Shown here: positions 21,645-31,429 of the stretch, piece after piece | How positions within the stretch are numbered: the first letter of the stretch is position 1 | How the letters are laid out: every line of letters begins with the position of its first letter | Virus record (IMG/VR): IMGVR_UViG_3300045988_104068 | DNA: 37,769 nt | Source of the DNA: a virus | Strand: one strand, 5' to 3' | Program-made: the position numbers and the translations under genes | The notes under the pieces: model-generated | Told to the model about the DNA's origin: nothing | Database searches by the model: none | Seen by the model: the letters and a program-made list of their open reading frames with translations, nothing else

Positions 21645-21943
21645 TGTGTCACCTCCATGGGGGTCACATATTTGCCGATTCGCGAGTAAGATACTTTTCC
21701 GTCAGGACTTTCAGCCGACAGCATCCACTGTCCGCCGGTCTTGCCGGAGTCACTGCGGTTTACTTTTACGCATCCATTTTCGTCCAGCTGCATCGGGGGC
21801 ACAAAGCTACCGTCGCTGCGCCGCAGGTGGAGTCTGATTTTGCAGGTTTTCCACTCTTCCGGGATGGCAAAGTGCAGACTGGTCGGGTGACCCTCACTGC
21901 CAAACTGCAATGTTGCCACAGTGTCAAATGTCACAGGGATCAT
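21641..21943 (-). CDS. Hypothetical tail-associated protein
   Basis: 100 aa, RBS AAAGGAGG. Confidence 0.6.
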   Translation of the reverse strand: MIPVTFDTVATLQFGSEGHPTSLHFAIPEEWKTCKIRLHLRRSDGSFVPPMQLDENGCVKVNRSDSGKTGGQWMLSAESPDGKVSYSRIGKYVTPMEVTQ

Positions 21944-21961
21944 CGCTCAAAACCTCCTTTC

Positions 21962-22951
21962 TCAGGCCACGCGCCGCCAGATGTGCACATAGTAGGCGGC
22001 AGGCTGCACGGTGGCGCTGCGGCCGTAGATGGCATTAGACTTGGACGCATCCAGACTGAACTTATATACATCAGAAAAGTTATTGTATTCGCCCGTAGTT
22101 GCGATCTCGCTGCCGGCAGTGAATGCGCCGGATACCTCATGTTCACCCTTTTTTACATCCGCGACAAAAGAGCCTGTGATGTTCGGCAGTCCGGCCTCCA
22201 CGGTGGTGCCCGCTGCGTGGCCGCTGCCAGCACCCATCAGTACCCGGTTCTGCGCAATCTCCTGCCATGTACCGCCGAACAGTGCGGCAGGGCTTGTACG
22301 TGCGGTGCTCTGGTAGATGCTGCCCACGGGAAAAGGATCCACGCTTTTCAAGCTTTTCAACAGCGCATCCACCTCGGCACGGGTATAAAAGCTGCCACCC
22401 CTCATGGATTCGATCACGGCCTTCCACTGCTGCACCAGCGTGCCGGTGGGGATGCCATGCACACCATCCCGCATCACGCCGCAGACGGTCTCATCTGCGC
22501 GCGTGTCGTAGATGTCGGCGGCGGTAACGGCGGTGGAGCCTGCAGGGCGCTTGATCTCGGCAAGGCAGAGGTCGTAGATCAGCTCGGTGCGGGTGATGGC
22601 CGGGGCAGCAGGGGAAGCGGAGTCCGGCGTGCCGTCCAGCACCTGCAGGCGGGTCTTTTTGGCGGCGGCATCGTAGCGCAGCACCACGCGGTCAATGCGG
22701 CTGCGCACAGGGTCCGCTTCGGTGAGCACCACGGTGGCGGGCTGCTCCATGATGATGCTGCGGCCCTTGAACCGCGCCGGGCGCACCCATGCCTGCCCGG
22801 CGCTCACCTGTACGCTCAGGTCACCCTGTGCCGTGACGGAGAAATCCTCCTCGGCGCTGTACACGCCGCTCAGGCGGGTGGCGAGGTAACCCGAAGCGTC
22901 GTCGGCATCGTAGGTAATGCCGTTTTCGGGGTAAGTAATGATATCAGCCAT
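21962..22951 (-). CDS. Receptor-binding / baseplate upper protein (tail fibre-like)
   Basis: 329 aa. C-terminal FPVGSIY...GGTWQEI...VLMGAG...GLPNITG...NAIYGRSATVQP pattern is typical of phage tail-collar/fibre tips. Confidence 0.65.
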   Translation of the reverse strand: MADIITYPENGITYDADDASGYLATRLSGVYSAEEDFSVTAQGDLSVQVSAGQAWVRPARFKGRSIIMEQPATVVLTEADPVRSRIDRVVLRYDAAAKKTRLQVLDGTPDSASPAAPAITRTELIYDLCLAEIKRPAGSTAVTAADIYDTRADETVCGVMRDGVHGIPTGTLVQQWKAVIESMRGGSFYTRAEVDALLKSLKSVDPFPVGSIYQSTARTSPAALFGGTWQEIAQNRVLMGAGSGHAAGTTVEAGLPNITGSFVADVKKGEHEVSGAFTAGSEIATTGEYNNFSDVYKFSLDASKSNAIYGRSATVQPAAYYVHIWRRVA

Positions 22952-22963
22952 AAAGTCCTCCTT

Positions 22964-23971
22964 TCAGGTCTTGTGCCATGTGGGCGTGCCCAGCCGGATT
23001 GTGCGGGTGGTGCCGCTGTCCTCGCTCTGGGTGATGATGTCGGCCACGCGCACCATGGCGGTGTAGCCCAGCTGAGGCAGGCTTGCGCTCAGCACATCGC
23101 CCACCTGCAGGGTATCATCGTCCACGTCAAACTCGATGCTGCCGGTGCGCAGCTGGGCCAGCAGCTTTTCGCCGCCCCGGTCAGCCAGCTTTTCCAGATA
23201 GCTCTGGCTGGTGCTGGTCTCGCCGTCCTCCGGCTGCACGTCACGGGCATCGACGTACATTTCCCGCCGGCCGGAGCCGGTAGCGTTCACATCGCCCACC
23301 CAGACGGTGGCGCGCTCGTCACCTTCGCCAGCGCCCTGCACGAGGGCTACGTTGGCGTAGTCGGTGTCGGCAAAGCTCCACCCGGCATTCAGCAGATTGC
23401 CCCACTGGGGGCTGTATCTGCGGTTCGGGTCGAAGGTGGGCCGGAAACACTCGAAGAGCAGCTTTTTCTTGCTGCCCTTGCCGTCCAGCACGATGCGGAA
23501 CCCCAGATCACAGGCCTGCCCGATGGTCTGGCAGTAGTCGAAAATGCTGCCGCCGGAGGTCTGCTTTTCAAAGGTGGTGTCAAAGCCGTACTCGGTGCCC
23601 AGCTCCAAACGGGGCCACGGCTTTGCGGCGCTCACAAGGCTGCGCATGGCGGCTTCGGCGTTCTGGTTCTTGATGCTCACCGCAGACACCCGCTTGGTCA
23701 GCAGCCATGTTGCCGGGTAGCCGGACACCACAAGGTTTGCGTCCTCGTTCTGGTTGGCGCGGGAGCAGATGCGCATGGGGATGCGCGGGCTTTCGTCGCT
23801 GCGCACCAGCCAGCGGCCCTCCTGCAAAAGCTGCAGGTTCTCGGCGGTGGGACGCACCTCCAGCGTGAAGCTGCCCTCGGAGTAATAGGGGCTGTCCCAG
23901 TAAAAAGACACCCACACGTCCACCCAGCCCACGCGGGCAAGGGTGTCTGCGTCTAAAACGTCCAGTCTCAT
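22964..23971 (-). CDS. Tail-associated baseplate hub protein (Gp37-like)
   Basis: 335 aa, immediately after the distal tail protein, ATGA-coupled. Confidence 0.6.
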   Translation of the reverse strand: MRLDVLDADTLARVGWVDVWVSFYWDSPYYSEGSFTLEVRPTAENLQLLQEGRWLVRSDESPRIPMRICSRANQNEDANLVVSGYPATWLLTKRVSAVSIKNQNAEAAMRSLVSAAKPWPRLELGTEYGFDTTFEKQTSGGSIFDYCQTIGQACDLGFRIVLDGKGSKKKLLFECFRPTFDPNRRYSPQWGNLLNAGWSFADTDYANVALVQGAGEGDERATVWVGDVNATGSGRREMYVDARDVQPEDGETSTSQSYLEKLADRGGEKLLAQLRTGSIEFDVDDDTLQVGDVLSASLPQLGYTAMVRVADIITQSEDSGTTRTIRLGTPTWHKT

Positions 23972-24831
23972 AGCGGTTCGGGCAGGATGCCCGCCTCCAT
24001 CGGGTAAAAGCTCACGGATGCCTGCAGGTAGCCGGAGCCGTTCTCGGCCTGCATGGAGAGCATGTTATCGCCGGGCTGCAGCTCGGTGAGGGTGCTGTCC
24101 TCGTCCAGCTGGGAGAAGATGTTCTCGGTCACGCCTGCCCGGGTCAGGGTGCAGGCCAGCCGGTCAGAGGTGCTGCGGTAGATTTCCAGCGTCTCGTCCG
24201 GCTGCAGGGTCAGGTCAAAGCCGATGAAGGCCCCGGTCTGCAGATCCACCACCTTGGGATGCGTCACCGGCATGTCGCACCGCAGGGTGGCCGTGAAGGG
24301 CACCGGCAGGCTGCCCTCGTTGCGCAGCACTGCCGCCGTGCCGTCCCGTTTGATGCCGTAGATGTGGCTGTCGTAGCAGACAGGAAAGCGGAACGCCTTT
24401 TCGTACCCGCCCAGCACGCTGCTGACGGCATTGAGGTCGTACCAGAAGGGCTTTTCGCTGTAGAGCATGAGCGAACAGCGCGGCTGCGGCGTGTAGCTGG
24501 AAAAGTAGGGCGTTTTCTGCAGCACGAACCGGGTGAAATAGTGGTCGCCAAAGTACAGGGTGCCCTTGGTGAAGTAGGGCAGCTTTTTGCTGAACGCCCG
24601 GGCATTGTCCAGCGCATACGCGCCCCAGAACACCACATCGAGGGTGCGGGACACGCCGGAGACGCTCTGCCCCTCCACGGTGTCGCCCACCTGATTGACA
24701 CCCTGCGCGGTTTTCAAGTCCACGTCGATGCCGTTCAGCGGGTCGAGAAAGTAAGGGGCGTCGTAGTCCCAGCCCAGATGTAGGACGGCACCGGCATCTG
24801 TCACGATCTTGAGATGATCTTTAAAGAGCAC
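23968..24831 (-). CDS. Distal tail protein (Dit)
   Basis: 287 aa directly downstream of the tape measure gene, the conserved position. Confidence 0.65.
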   Translation of the reverse strand: MLFKDHLKIVTDAGAVLHLGWDYDAPYFLDPLNGIDVDLKTAQGVNQVGDTVEGQSVSGVSRTLDVVFWGAYALDNARAFSKKLPYFTKGTLYFGDHYFTRFVLQKTPYFSSYTPQPRCSLMLYSEKPFWYDLNAVSSVLGGYEKAFRFPVCYDSHIYGIKRDGTAAVLRNEGSLPVPFTATLRCDMPVTHPKVVDLQTGAFIGFDLTLQPDETLEIYRSTSDRLACTLTRAGVTENIFSQLDEDSTLTELQPGDNMLSMQAENGSGYLQASVSFYPMEAGILPEPL

Positions 24832-24843
24832 AGTGTCCTCCTT

Positions 24844-27801
24844 TCATCGTTTGCGGGCCTTGGCCTTGTCGGCTTCCCAGCGGGTCTCGCGGGCAAGGTC
24901 GGCGGCGGTCTGAGCCTTGCTCTGGATGTACTGATTGATGGTGGTATCACCCTCGCGGTGGTAGCTGTTGGCAGCGGACACCACCTGTGCAGTGCCGGAA
25001 GCGGCCACGGTTGAGCCGAGGCGCATGTTGTCGGAAAGCACCAGCGCCCCCGCCTGCCGGATCATATCGGCAAGGGCAGAGTTTGTCTTTTCCAGCGCCT
25101 TGGTGTTGGCGTTGATGGCATCTTCCAGACTGCCGGTGCCGGTGGTGATGTCCACGCTGCCCATGCTGCCGGAGCCGGAGGACCCGCCGCCAGAGGAACC
25201 GCCGCCGTGGCTTACGTTCTTTTTGGAGCCGCCCATGCTGCCCACGATGGCAGCAATGGCAACGCCCAGCGCGACCGCTGCCGCTGCCACGATCAGGCCC
25301 ATCGGGATGCCGAAAACGGTCGCGCTCAGCGCGGCGGAGATCGCGGTCAGCAGGCCTTCAAAGGCTGCACCGACCGCGCCGATCAGGGAAGCGACGCCCG
25401 CAAAAATGGTGGGGAAGCTGGACAGCAGACCGCCGCTCAGGCCCTGACTGATGGCAAGGGCCGCATTGCTCAGCGGCCCCTGCAGACCCTGAAAGACCGA
25501 CACGAGGGTGGAACCAAGGCCCTGCGCCTGCTGCCAGACCTCAGAGAAGCCGCTGGTCAGGCCGTGCACGATCTGCCCGCCCAGATCAATGGCACCCTGT
25601 ACCAGCTGATCGCGGGCACCGCCCAGCGCTTTGTTGAGCTTAGTCACGATGCCAAGGGCAAAATCATTGACCTGCTTTTTCTGGTCGGCAGTCAGACCGT
25701 CGTAGATGGTGCTTGCCACCCACTTGCCGATGCTCAACCAGTTCTGATTCTTGACGGCGGTGTACAGATCATCGAAGGTGCCAAGCATGCCGGTATCTGC
25801 TTCGGTCTGCAGCGCCTTCCACAGGCCGTCGAAGCTGGCAGCGCTGGACTTTTTGATCTGCTCAGCCACCTGCACGGTGCCGTCTGCGGCGATGGTCTTG
25901 ACCCGCTCGATGGTCACGAGGGCACCGTCCACCACGTCGTCGTAGACCTCGGTGATGACCTGCTTCTGGGTCTCGGTGCCGTCGGTCAGGGTCTCGGTGA
26001 CGGTCTGGGTGGTGGTCTTGACCCCGTCTGCCAGTGTCTCGAAGGTGGAAGTGACCGTCTTGGCGGTCTCCCGCACCGTCTCCATGGTCTGCTTGACGGT
26101 CTTGGTGCCGTCCGCAGCCACCTCTGTGATGGTTTTGATGTCCTTCAGCACACCATCCACCATCTGCCGGGAAGTCTCGGTGATGACCTGCTTTTGCTGG
26201 GTCTTGCCGTTGGAGAGCGTTTCGGTGATGTTTTCGGTGGTGCGGGTGATCTTGCCGTCGATTTCGGTCGTGGTGTCCGAGATGGACTTGACTACTTCTG
26301 CGGCGGCCTGCTTCGTGGCCTTGCTGGCCTTCTTGGCTCCGCTGGTGATGGCAGGGTAGGGGTTCGCGGCTGTCTGGCTCCCGGCACGGCTGCTGCCGTT
26401 GCCGGAGCTGCTTGTGCCCTTCGGGACCCATCCGTTGTCATCGTCCCATTCGAGGTCTTTGTGGGAGCTGTCCCACTGTTTCGCGTTCTTGCGCTTGTTG
26501 TAGTTGTTGATGGCGTTGTTGTAGGCGGAGTTATAAGCATCTGCTGCAGCGCCGATGCCGTTCTTCAGGTTGGCCAGCGCTGCCGCTGCGCCTTCGATTT
26601 TTGCGACCAGATCATTGATCCAGTCCACCACCGTGCCGATGGCGTTCTGTGCGATCTTTTTCACAGACGCAAATGCGGAGTTGACGGCATTGCGGAAGGT
26701 CTCGCTGGTCTTATAGGCCGTCACGAGACCCGCTGCCAAAGCTGCAAGTAAAGACACTACAAGGCCGATGGGGTTCGCCTTGAGAACCGCGTTCAAACCT
26801 GCCTGCGCGACTGCAAGACCGGTCGCCCCGGCTTCGGCGGCTTGGTGGGCAGCGGTCATGGCCGTGGTTGCGGCAGTGTGAACCACTTCAATTGCAGTAG
26901 CGGCGGCTACATAGCCCTTGTATGTCAGGAATGCCGTTCCGGCAGCGGCCACAACAGCCGTTGCAATACCGATGGTCTCCTTGAGCTGGGCCATCTTCTC
27001 GTCGCTGTCGAGGAAGGAGACCACCACCTCGTTCAGCTTGACCACCAGCTCACCCAGAGCTGCAAACAGGCCGCTGGTCAGCTCACCGGTCAGGGCGCTG
27101 ACATTATCCTTCAGGGTGGACATGCGCCCGCTGAAGGTCTGGCTGGCTTCCAGCATACCGTTGTAGAACTGCCCGCCCTGACTGGTGGCGGCTTCCACCG
27201 CCGCTTCCAGCTCGCTGAAGCTGACCTTGCCATCCGAGATGCGCTTGTACAGGTCGGACATGCTCTCGCCGGTGGCATCACAGATCTGGTTCAGCGGGTT
27301 GAAACCCGCATCGATCATCATGTTGACGTTTTCCAGCGTGACCTTCTGGGCGCTGGACATCTTGCCGTAGGCGCGGGTCAGGGTCTGCAGCTTCTCGGCG
27401 TTGCCCAGCGAGATATCACCCAGCCGCTGCAGCACACCGGTGGTGTCGTCTGCCGCAATGCCGAACTGCAGAAGGGTCTGGGTGCCGCTAGTCAGGTCAT
27501 CCAGCGAGAAAGGCGTGGATGCCGCCATTTTGCGGATCTCGGAAAGCTTTGTGGCGGCGGCCTCCTCGCTGCCCAGCATGACCTTGAAGTTGGTCAGGTA
27601 GCTTTCCATGGTGGCGTTGTAATCCACACCGCTCTTGACCACCTCGGCCAGCTTGGACGATGCCTGTTTTGCAAAGTCCGCGATCATCTGCCCGGCGGCT
27701 ACCGTCCACTTGCTGGTGCTTTTTTCCGCCTGGTCGCTGTTCAGCCTTACTTCGCCGGTGATGCTGAAATCTGCCACTGTGTCCACCTCTCTCCATTCCA
27801 A
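24844..27801 (-). CDS. Tape measure protein
   Basis: 985 aa, largest ORF, long helical and Ala/Gly-rich TM-like stretches with internal repeats. The true start may be GTG at 27777 after GGAGAGAGGTGG. Confidence 0.9.
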   Translation of the reverse strand: MEWREVDTVADFSITGEVRLNSDQAEKSTSKWTVAAGQMIADFAKQASSKLAEVVKSGVDYNATMESYLTNFKVMLGSEEAAATKLSEIRKMAASTPFSLDDLTSGTQTLLQFGIAADDTTGVLQRLGDISLGNAEKLQTLTRAYGKMSSAQKVTLENVNMMIDAGFNPLNQICDATGESMSDLYKRISDGKVSFSELEAAVEAATSQGGQFYNGMLEASQTFSGRMSTLKDNVSALTGELTSGLFAALGELVVKLNEVVVSFLDSDEKMAQLKETIGIATAVVAAAGTAFLTYKGYVAAATAIEVVHTAATTAMTAAHQAAEAGATGLAVAQAGLNAVLKANPIGLVVSLLAALAAGLVTAYKTSETFRNAVNSAFASVKKIAQNAIGTVVDWINDLVAKIEGAAAALANLKNGIGAAADAYNSAYNNAINNYNKRKNAKQWDSSHKDLEWDDDNGWVPKGTSSSGNGSSRAGSQTAANPYPAITSGAKKASKATKQAAAEVVKSISDTTTEIDGKITRTTENITETLSNGKTQQKQVITETSRQMVDGVLKDIKTITEVAADGTKTVKQTMETVRETAKTVTSTFETLADGVKTTTQTVTETLTDGTETQKQVITEVYDDVVDGALVTIERVKTIAADGTVQVAEQIKKSSAASFDGLWKALQTEADTGMLGTFDDLYTAVKNQNWLSIGKWVASTIYDGLTADQKKQVNDFALGIVTKLNKALGGARDQLVQGAIDLGGQIVHGLTSGFSEVWQQAQGLGSTLVSVFQGLQGPLSNAALAISQGLSGGLLSSFPTIFAGVASLIGAVGAAFEGLLTAISAALSATVFGIPMGLIVAAAAVALGVAIAAIVGSMGGSKKNVSHGGGSSGGGSSGSGSMGSVDITTGTGSLEDAINANTKALEKTNSALADMIRQAGALVLSDNMRLGSTVAASGTAQVVSAANSYHREGDTTINQYIQSKAQTAADLARETRWEADKAKARKR

Positions 27802-27829
27802 AAGAGCGCGGGCACAAGGGCACAGGCTG

Positions 27830-28027
27830 TTATAACTTGATCTCTACCTCCCGCTTACAGGCGGGATTTTTGCATTTTACCCACAGGCCATGGGCGGATG
27901 CGGCATTTTCTGCCCACACCGGCAGCGCCCGCCCGCAGTATGGGCAGGGCACCGGGGCGCGGCTAGTGCCGGAACCGCGCAAGGAACGCAGCGTCATGCT
28001 CTTCGACCGAAACGACACGGGCGGCAC
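27830..28027 (-). CDS. Small zinc-ribbon ORF (Cys-rich KTR-like), coding status uncertain
   Basis: CPYCG...KCKNPACKREVEI. Overlaps the end of the Gp15-like gene in the +1 frame, with no convincing RBS of its own. Confidence 0.4.
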   Translation of the reverse strand: MPPVSFRSKSMTLRSLRGSGTSRAPVPCPYCGRALPVWAENAASAHGLWVKCKNPACKREVEIKL

Positions 28028-28574
28028 CCCCTCTCAGCTCAGCAGGCAGGGCAAAGCGCTCCTGCAGGTCGGCGTAGCGGTCGCGCATACTGCCCTCGTA
28101 CTCGGACAAGTCCATGGTGCGCCAGCCCATGATCTTAGCCATGAGGGTCTCCTCCGGCAGGGCCGCGAACAGTGCCCGGAACCGGAACCAGTGCACCTTT
28201 TCGCGGGTCAGGTCGATGCCGTAGGCCTGCTGGAACGCCGCCACGATGTAACCGGCATCACACTGGTAGTCGAAGGCAAGACCGGAAGAGGGCGCGGTAC
28301 TGCTTTCAGCCGCGGCGCTTTCGGCTGCTTTTTCGCCCGCCTTATAAAACTCGATCATGTACCCGTAGGCATCGATGATCTTCTGAGGGTCGTTCAGAAA
28401 ACAGTGTGGGTCTTTGTAAAAACGCCAGAGGGCGCTGACCGCAAAACCGATGGGATCATCTCCTGTCTGGCCGCGCACATAGGTGTTGACCAGCCAGACC
28501 ATGGGCCGGAAATCCGGGATGATCTCGTATCCATGCCACCGGGTGGGCAACTCGTCCAGCAGCAGATCAGACAT
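27963..28574 (-). CDS. Gp15-family tail assembly protein
   Basis: MSDLLLDELPTRWHGYEIIPDFRPMVWLVN... Position is between the chaperone-like gene and the tape measure. Confidence 0.6.
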   Translation of the reverse strand: MSDLLLDELPTRWHGYEIIPDFRPMVWLVNTYVRGQTGDDPIGFAVSALWRFYKDPHCFLNDPQKIIDAYGYMIEFYKAGEKAAESAAAESSTAPSSGLAFDYQCDAGYIVAAFQQAYGIDLTREKVHWFRFRALFAALPEETLMAKIMGWRTMDLSEYEGSMRDRYADLQERFALPAELRGGAARVVSVEEHDAAFLARFRH

Positions 28575-29130
28575 GGCGCTCTGCGGCGATCTGCAGTGCG
28601 TATGCCGCCAGCTGCTGCATGGCATCAGGATCATCCCGCAGGGCATTCATAGCCTGCCGGGCATCGATCAGCCGCTCGGTTTTCTGCTTTGCGGATACCT
28701 GCGCATCCACCCGCTCCACCATCCGGGAGGCAGGCGGTGCGGGATAGCTTACAGGCGGATTGTGCTTGCCCTTTTTGGCCTGTGCGCGGCGCTGCTCCCG
28801 GTTCATGTGCTGGGCAGGCTTTGCGGCATAGCGCTGTTTCTCGGCGGCAAAGGCATTGCCCAGCTCCTCGATCACGTCATAGATGGGGGCCATGTTGTTT
28901 TCATCCAGCCCCAGACGGGCGGACGAGCCTGCACCGAGGATCTCGTCGATGCAGTCCATGGCAATGCGTGCCTGTGCACGTGCATGGTCGCCCAGACGAA
29001 CGCCGCCGCGCCGGAACTGCTCCGACTCCTCGGCGCTCCTGCGCTGCATCCGCTCGTTGGCATCCTCAAAGCGGTCAAGGTCGTTGGCGTTCATCAGGGA
29101 AAATTCAAATTCCTGTCCACAAATAACCAT
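28567..29130 (-). CDS. Tail assembly chaperone-like protein
   Basis: 187 aa, immediately downstream of the major tail protein. RBS GAAAGGAG. Confidence 0.55.
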   Translation of the reverse strand: MVICGQEFEFSLMNANDLDRFEDANERMQRRSAEESEQFRRGGVRLGDHARAQARIAMDCIDEILGAGSSARLGLDENNMAPIYDVIEELGNAFAAEKQRYAAKPAQHMNREQRRAQAKKGKHNPPVSYPAPPASRMVERVDAQVSAKQKTERLIDARQAMNALRDDPDAMQQLAAYALQIAAERHV

Positions 29131-29191
29131 GTTCTGGCTCCTTTCAGTTGAGCCGTGCCCCGGTTCTGCCCCGGAGAAAACTAATCACGGC

Positions 29192-29225
29192 ATAAAAGAT
29201 CCCCGTTCCGGTGTGGAGCGGGGAC
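29192..29225 (-). terminator. Terminator-like hairpin after the major tail gene
   Basis: GTCCCCG-N13-CGGGGAT followed by CTTTTATG. Confidence 0.5.
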
Positions 29226-29241
29226 TGTGTTTGAAAAAAAA

Positions 29242-29778
29242 TCAGCCCTTGACGGCCTTTGCAGGCGCAGCGGACTGGGTGGCGGGGTTGTAGTCAAACT
29301 CGTCCGGCGTGCCGATGGCCTTCACGTCGCAGGCAAAGGTGGCCTTGGAACCGGCTGCACCGCCTACGTCGCTGGTGACGATGATGGCAGCGCGGCCCTG
29401 TTCGCCCTTGCCGGTGCGCAGGCTGAAATAGATGTACGGCACGATGATATCGCTGCCGGTACCGTACACAATCTTGTGGCTCAGCACAAAATCCTGAAAA
29501 TCATCGCCCACGCAGCGGTCGCCGTTGACGGTAAGGGTGCGCTGGGTGCCGGTCTTTTCGGTGACGTTGCCGGTACGGATGTACTGAGCATCCTCGGTGG
29601 TGGCGTTCAGGGAGCCGGAATGCTCCTTCACATGGTCGGCGCAGACGATCCACTGGCTTTCCTTGGTCTGGGTGCTCTCGATCTGGAACGCCAGCACAAA
29701 ATCGTTCGCCGTCTCAATGCCGGTATACGACGCGCTGGGCGTGATGCCGGACTTGGTAATGGCTTCAGATACAGTCAT
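29242..29778 (-). CDS. Major tail protein
   Basis: 178 aa, position and size. RBS GAAAGGAG. Confidence 0.7.
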   Translation of the reverse strand: MTVSEAITKSGITPSASYTGIETANDFVLAFQIESTQTKESQWIVCADHVKEHSGSLNATTEDAQYIRTGNVTEKTGTQRTLTVNGDRCVGDDFQDFVLSHKIVYGTGSDIIVPYIYFSLRTGKGEQGRAAIIVTSDVGGAAGSKATFACDVKAIGTPDEFDYNPATQSAAPAKAVKG

Positions 29779-29791
29779 ATCAAAACTCCTT

Positions 29792-30250
29792 TCATTTGGG
29801 CATGTAGTAGGTCAGGCGCATTTGCAGCTGCATCTTACAGCTGCCCGCGCTGTTTGTGACGATGTAGCCGCTGTTTGTCACGGCAATGCCGGTAGGGGTC
29901 TTGCCCCCGCCGCAGGCCGAGAGGTCGGGCAGGTTATGGCGGGCATCCTGCTGCATGACCCACTCGGTGAGCTGCTCGAAAAAGCCGCTGTTCTGGATGC
30001 TGACGGCATCCACCTCGCTGTACTCCCGGCGGCTGAGGAAGAGGTAATTCTTCGCCATTTCCCAGCCGGAGATGTACTTGGTGATGATGGGATCACCGGG
30101 ACTGTCCTCGATGGAAAATGCTGTGGATTCTTCTTCCAGCCCGGCAATGCGGAATGCCGCACCGGTGGCTTCCTGCTCGTCGGCGATCAGCGGGCAGGTC
30201 TTGAGCCATGCCCGCAGGGCGGCAATGGTTGGCTTTACGGTTTCGCTCAT
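29792..30250 (-). CDS. Tail completion / tail terminator-like protein
   Basis: 152 aa, connector-module position. Confidence 0.55.
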   Translation of the reverse strand: MSETVKPTIAALRAWLKTCPLIADEQEATGAAFRIAGLEEESTAFSIEDSPGDPIITKYISGWEMAKNYLFLSRREYSEVDAVSIQNSGFFEQLTEWVMQQDARHNLPDLSACGGGKTPTGIAVTNSGYIVTNSAGSCKMQLQMRLTYYMPK

Positions 30251-30636
30251 TTGTTCCCTCCCAGAAACTGCTTTGCGGCATCATGGGCGAACTTTTCCAG
30301 CTCGTCCTTGTGGTCAGCGATGGCGTTTTGTCCCCAGTAGGAACCGCGGTGACGTTCCGTTTCGCCCTTCGCGCCGTGCAGGTCGGTGCCCTGTTCGTGC
30401 AGGTAATACTGCCTGCGGGCGTAGGGGGTGTTGTACACCAGTTTGCCGTCCTTGAAGTCGGATGCAGCACCGTTCACGCTGTCTTTCAGCTGACCACTGT
30501 CTAGCGGAACATATTTGTCCACAACATCGGCCACTTTCTGAGAAAAGGCAAACTGCAACCTTGCAAACCGCGCATCCATGTCGGCCTGAAAGCCGGGCCG
30601 GAACGTGATCTTGAAATCAAAAACCGGTGCGCTCAT
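30247..30636 (-). CDS. HK97 gp10-like head-tail joining protein
   Basis: MSAPVFDFKITFRPGFQADMDARF...YARRQYY; RBS GGAAGGGAG. Confidence 0.6.
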   Translation of the reverse strand: MSAPVFDFKITFRPGFQADMDARFARLQFAFSQKVADVVDKYVPLDSGQLKDSVNGAASDFKDGKLVYNTPYARRQYYLHEQGTDLHGAKGETERHRGSYWGQNAIADHKDELEKFAHDAAKQFLGGNK

Positions 30637-30640
30637 ACGA

Positions 30641-31045
30641 TCAGCTCCCTTCCACGTGCCAGTGGGGCAGCAGCGGCTCCCGGTTATCGGAGACAGCCGC
30701 CGCCGTGCAGCACAGGTGCGTTTTTTCGAGTTTGGCATACTCGGCTTCGGTCAAGGCAGGCACCGCGCCCTGCACCAGCTTCCAGCCGCGTTTCAGGGTC
30801 CAGTGCTTGGCCTTTTCCGCAGCAGACAGCGCCGCCCACTGGGCGTAGGGCAGATAGCCCATGGTGCACACGCTGGCCGGGATGCGGATGTGGGTGGTGC
30901 GCTCCGGGTCCTTGGCGGTGCCGGAGCCGGAGGTGTAGCGGCATTCCCGCCAGCTGCACCCCGGGAACACCCAGCACACCGGCCTGTCCGTCTCGGTGGC
31001 AGTGTCGTGGATGAGGTTCACAACAGTAACGGCTGTCTGCATCAC
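30641..31045 (-). CDS. Head closure / head-tail adaptor protein
   Basis: 134 aa. Start is GTG at 31045 or ATG at 31042, overlapping the upstream stop. Confidence 0.55.
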   Translation of the reverse strand: MMQTAVTVVNLIHDTATETDRPVCWVFPGCSWRECRYTSGSGTAKDPERTTHIRIPASVCTMGYLPYAQWAALSAAEKAKHWTLKRGWKLVQGAVPALTEAEYAKLEKTHLCCTAAAVSDNREPLLPHWHVEGS

Positions 31046-31416
31046 AAAATCCCCCTGTACAGCAGATCGTGCGGGTCACTGCCCAGCGCGGTGCGGATGA
31101 TCTCATAGGCTTCCTGCCGGGTGGCCGCGGTCACGCTGGCATTGCTGCCAAAGGTGACGCTGTAGCCGTCGTTGGAGACGCTGGCAGCACCCGGTACAGC
31201 GCCCGCCGCAGATGCAGCGGCCAGCAGGCCGACGATCTGCCCGCAGGCATCTGCCAGCGCTTCCCGGCAGGCCTCACACCCGGCAGCGTGGCTCTCCGCC
31301 CGGCCAAAGGTGGCGGCATCGATCATGCGGGAAGCCCGGCTGCACAGCACGCCGAACGCCGTTTCCGGCACCGTGCCGCCCGCCGCCGTGTACTGGTCAT
31401 AGGTGCAGTAGAGCAT
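31042..31416 (-). CDS. Head-tail connector (gp6-like)
   Basis: 124 aa directly after the capsid gene. RBS AAGGAGG. Confidence 0.6.
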   Translation of the reverse strand: MLYCTYDQYTAAGGTVPETAFGVLCSRASRMIDAATFGRAESHAAGCEACREALADACGQIVGLLAAASAAGAVPGAASVSNDGYSVTFGSNASVTAATRQEAYEIIRTALGSDPHDLLYRGIL

Positions 31417-31429
31417 CGGTCAGACCTCC

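Noticed and set aside
21644-23956. 770-aa plus-strand ORF, the longest plus-strand ORF in the track
   Set aside because: It is antisense to four well-supported minus-strand tail genes that have RBSs and coupled starts. Its composition is Ala/Gly/His/Arg-rich low complexity and it has no RBS. This is a typical shadow ORF in GC-rich DNA.
27963-29130. Classical -1 G/GT tail-chaperone frameshift
   Set aside because: There is no XXXYYYZ slippery heptamer with a -1-frame extension. The two genes are ATG-coupled separate ORFs. The only overlapping downstream ORF is in the +1 frame, and I reported it separately as uncertain.
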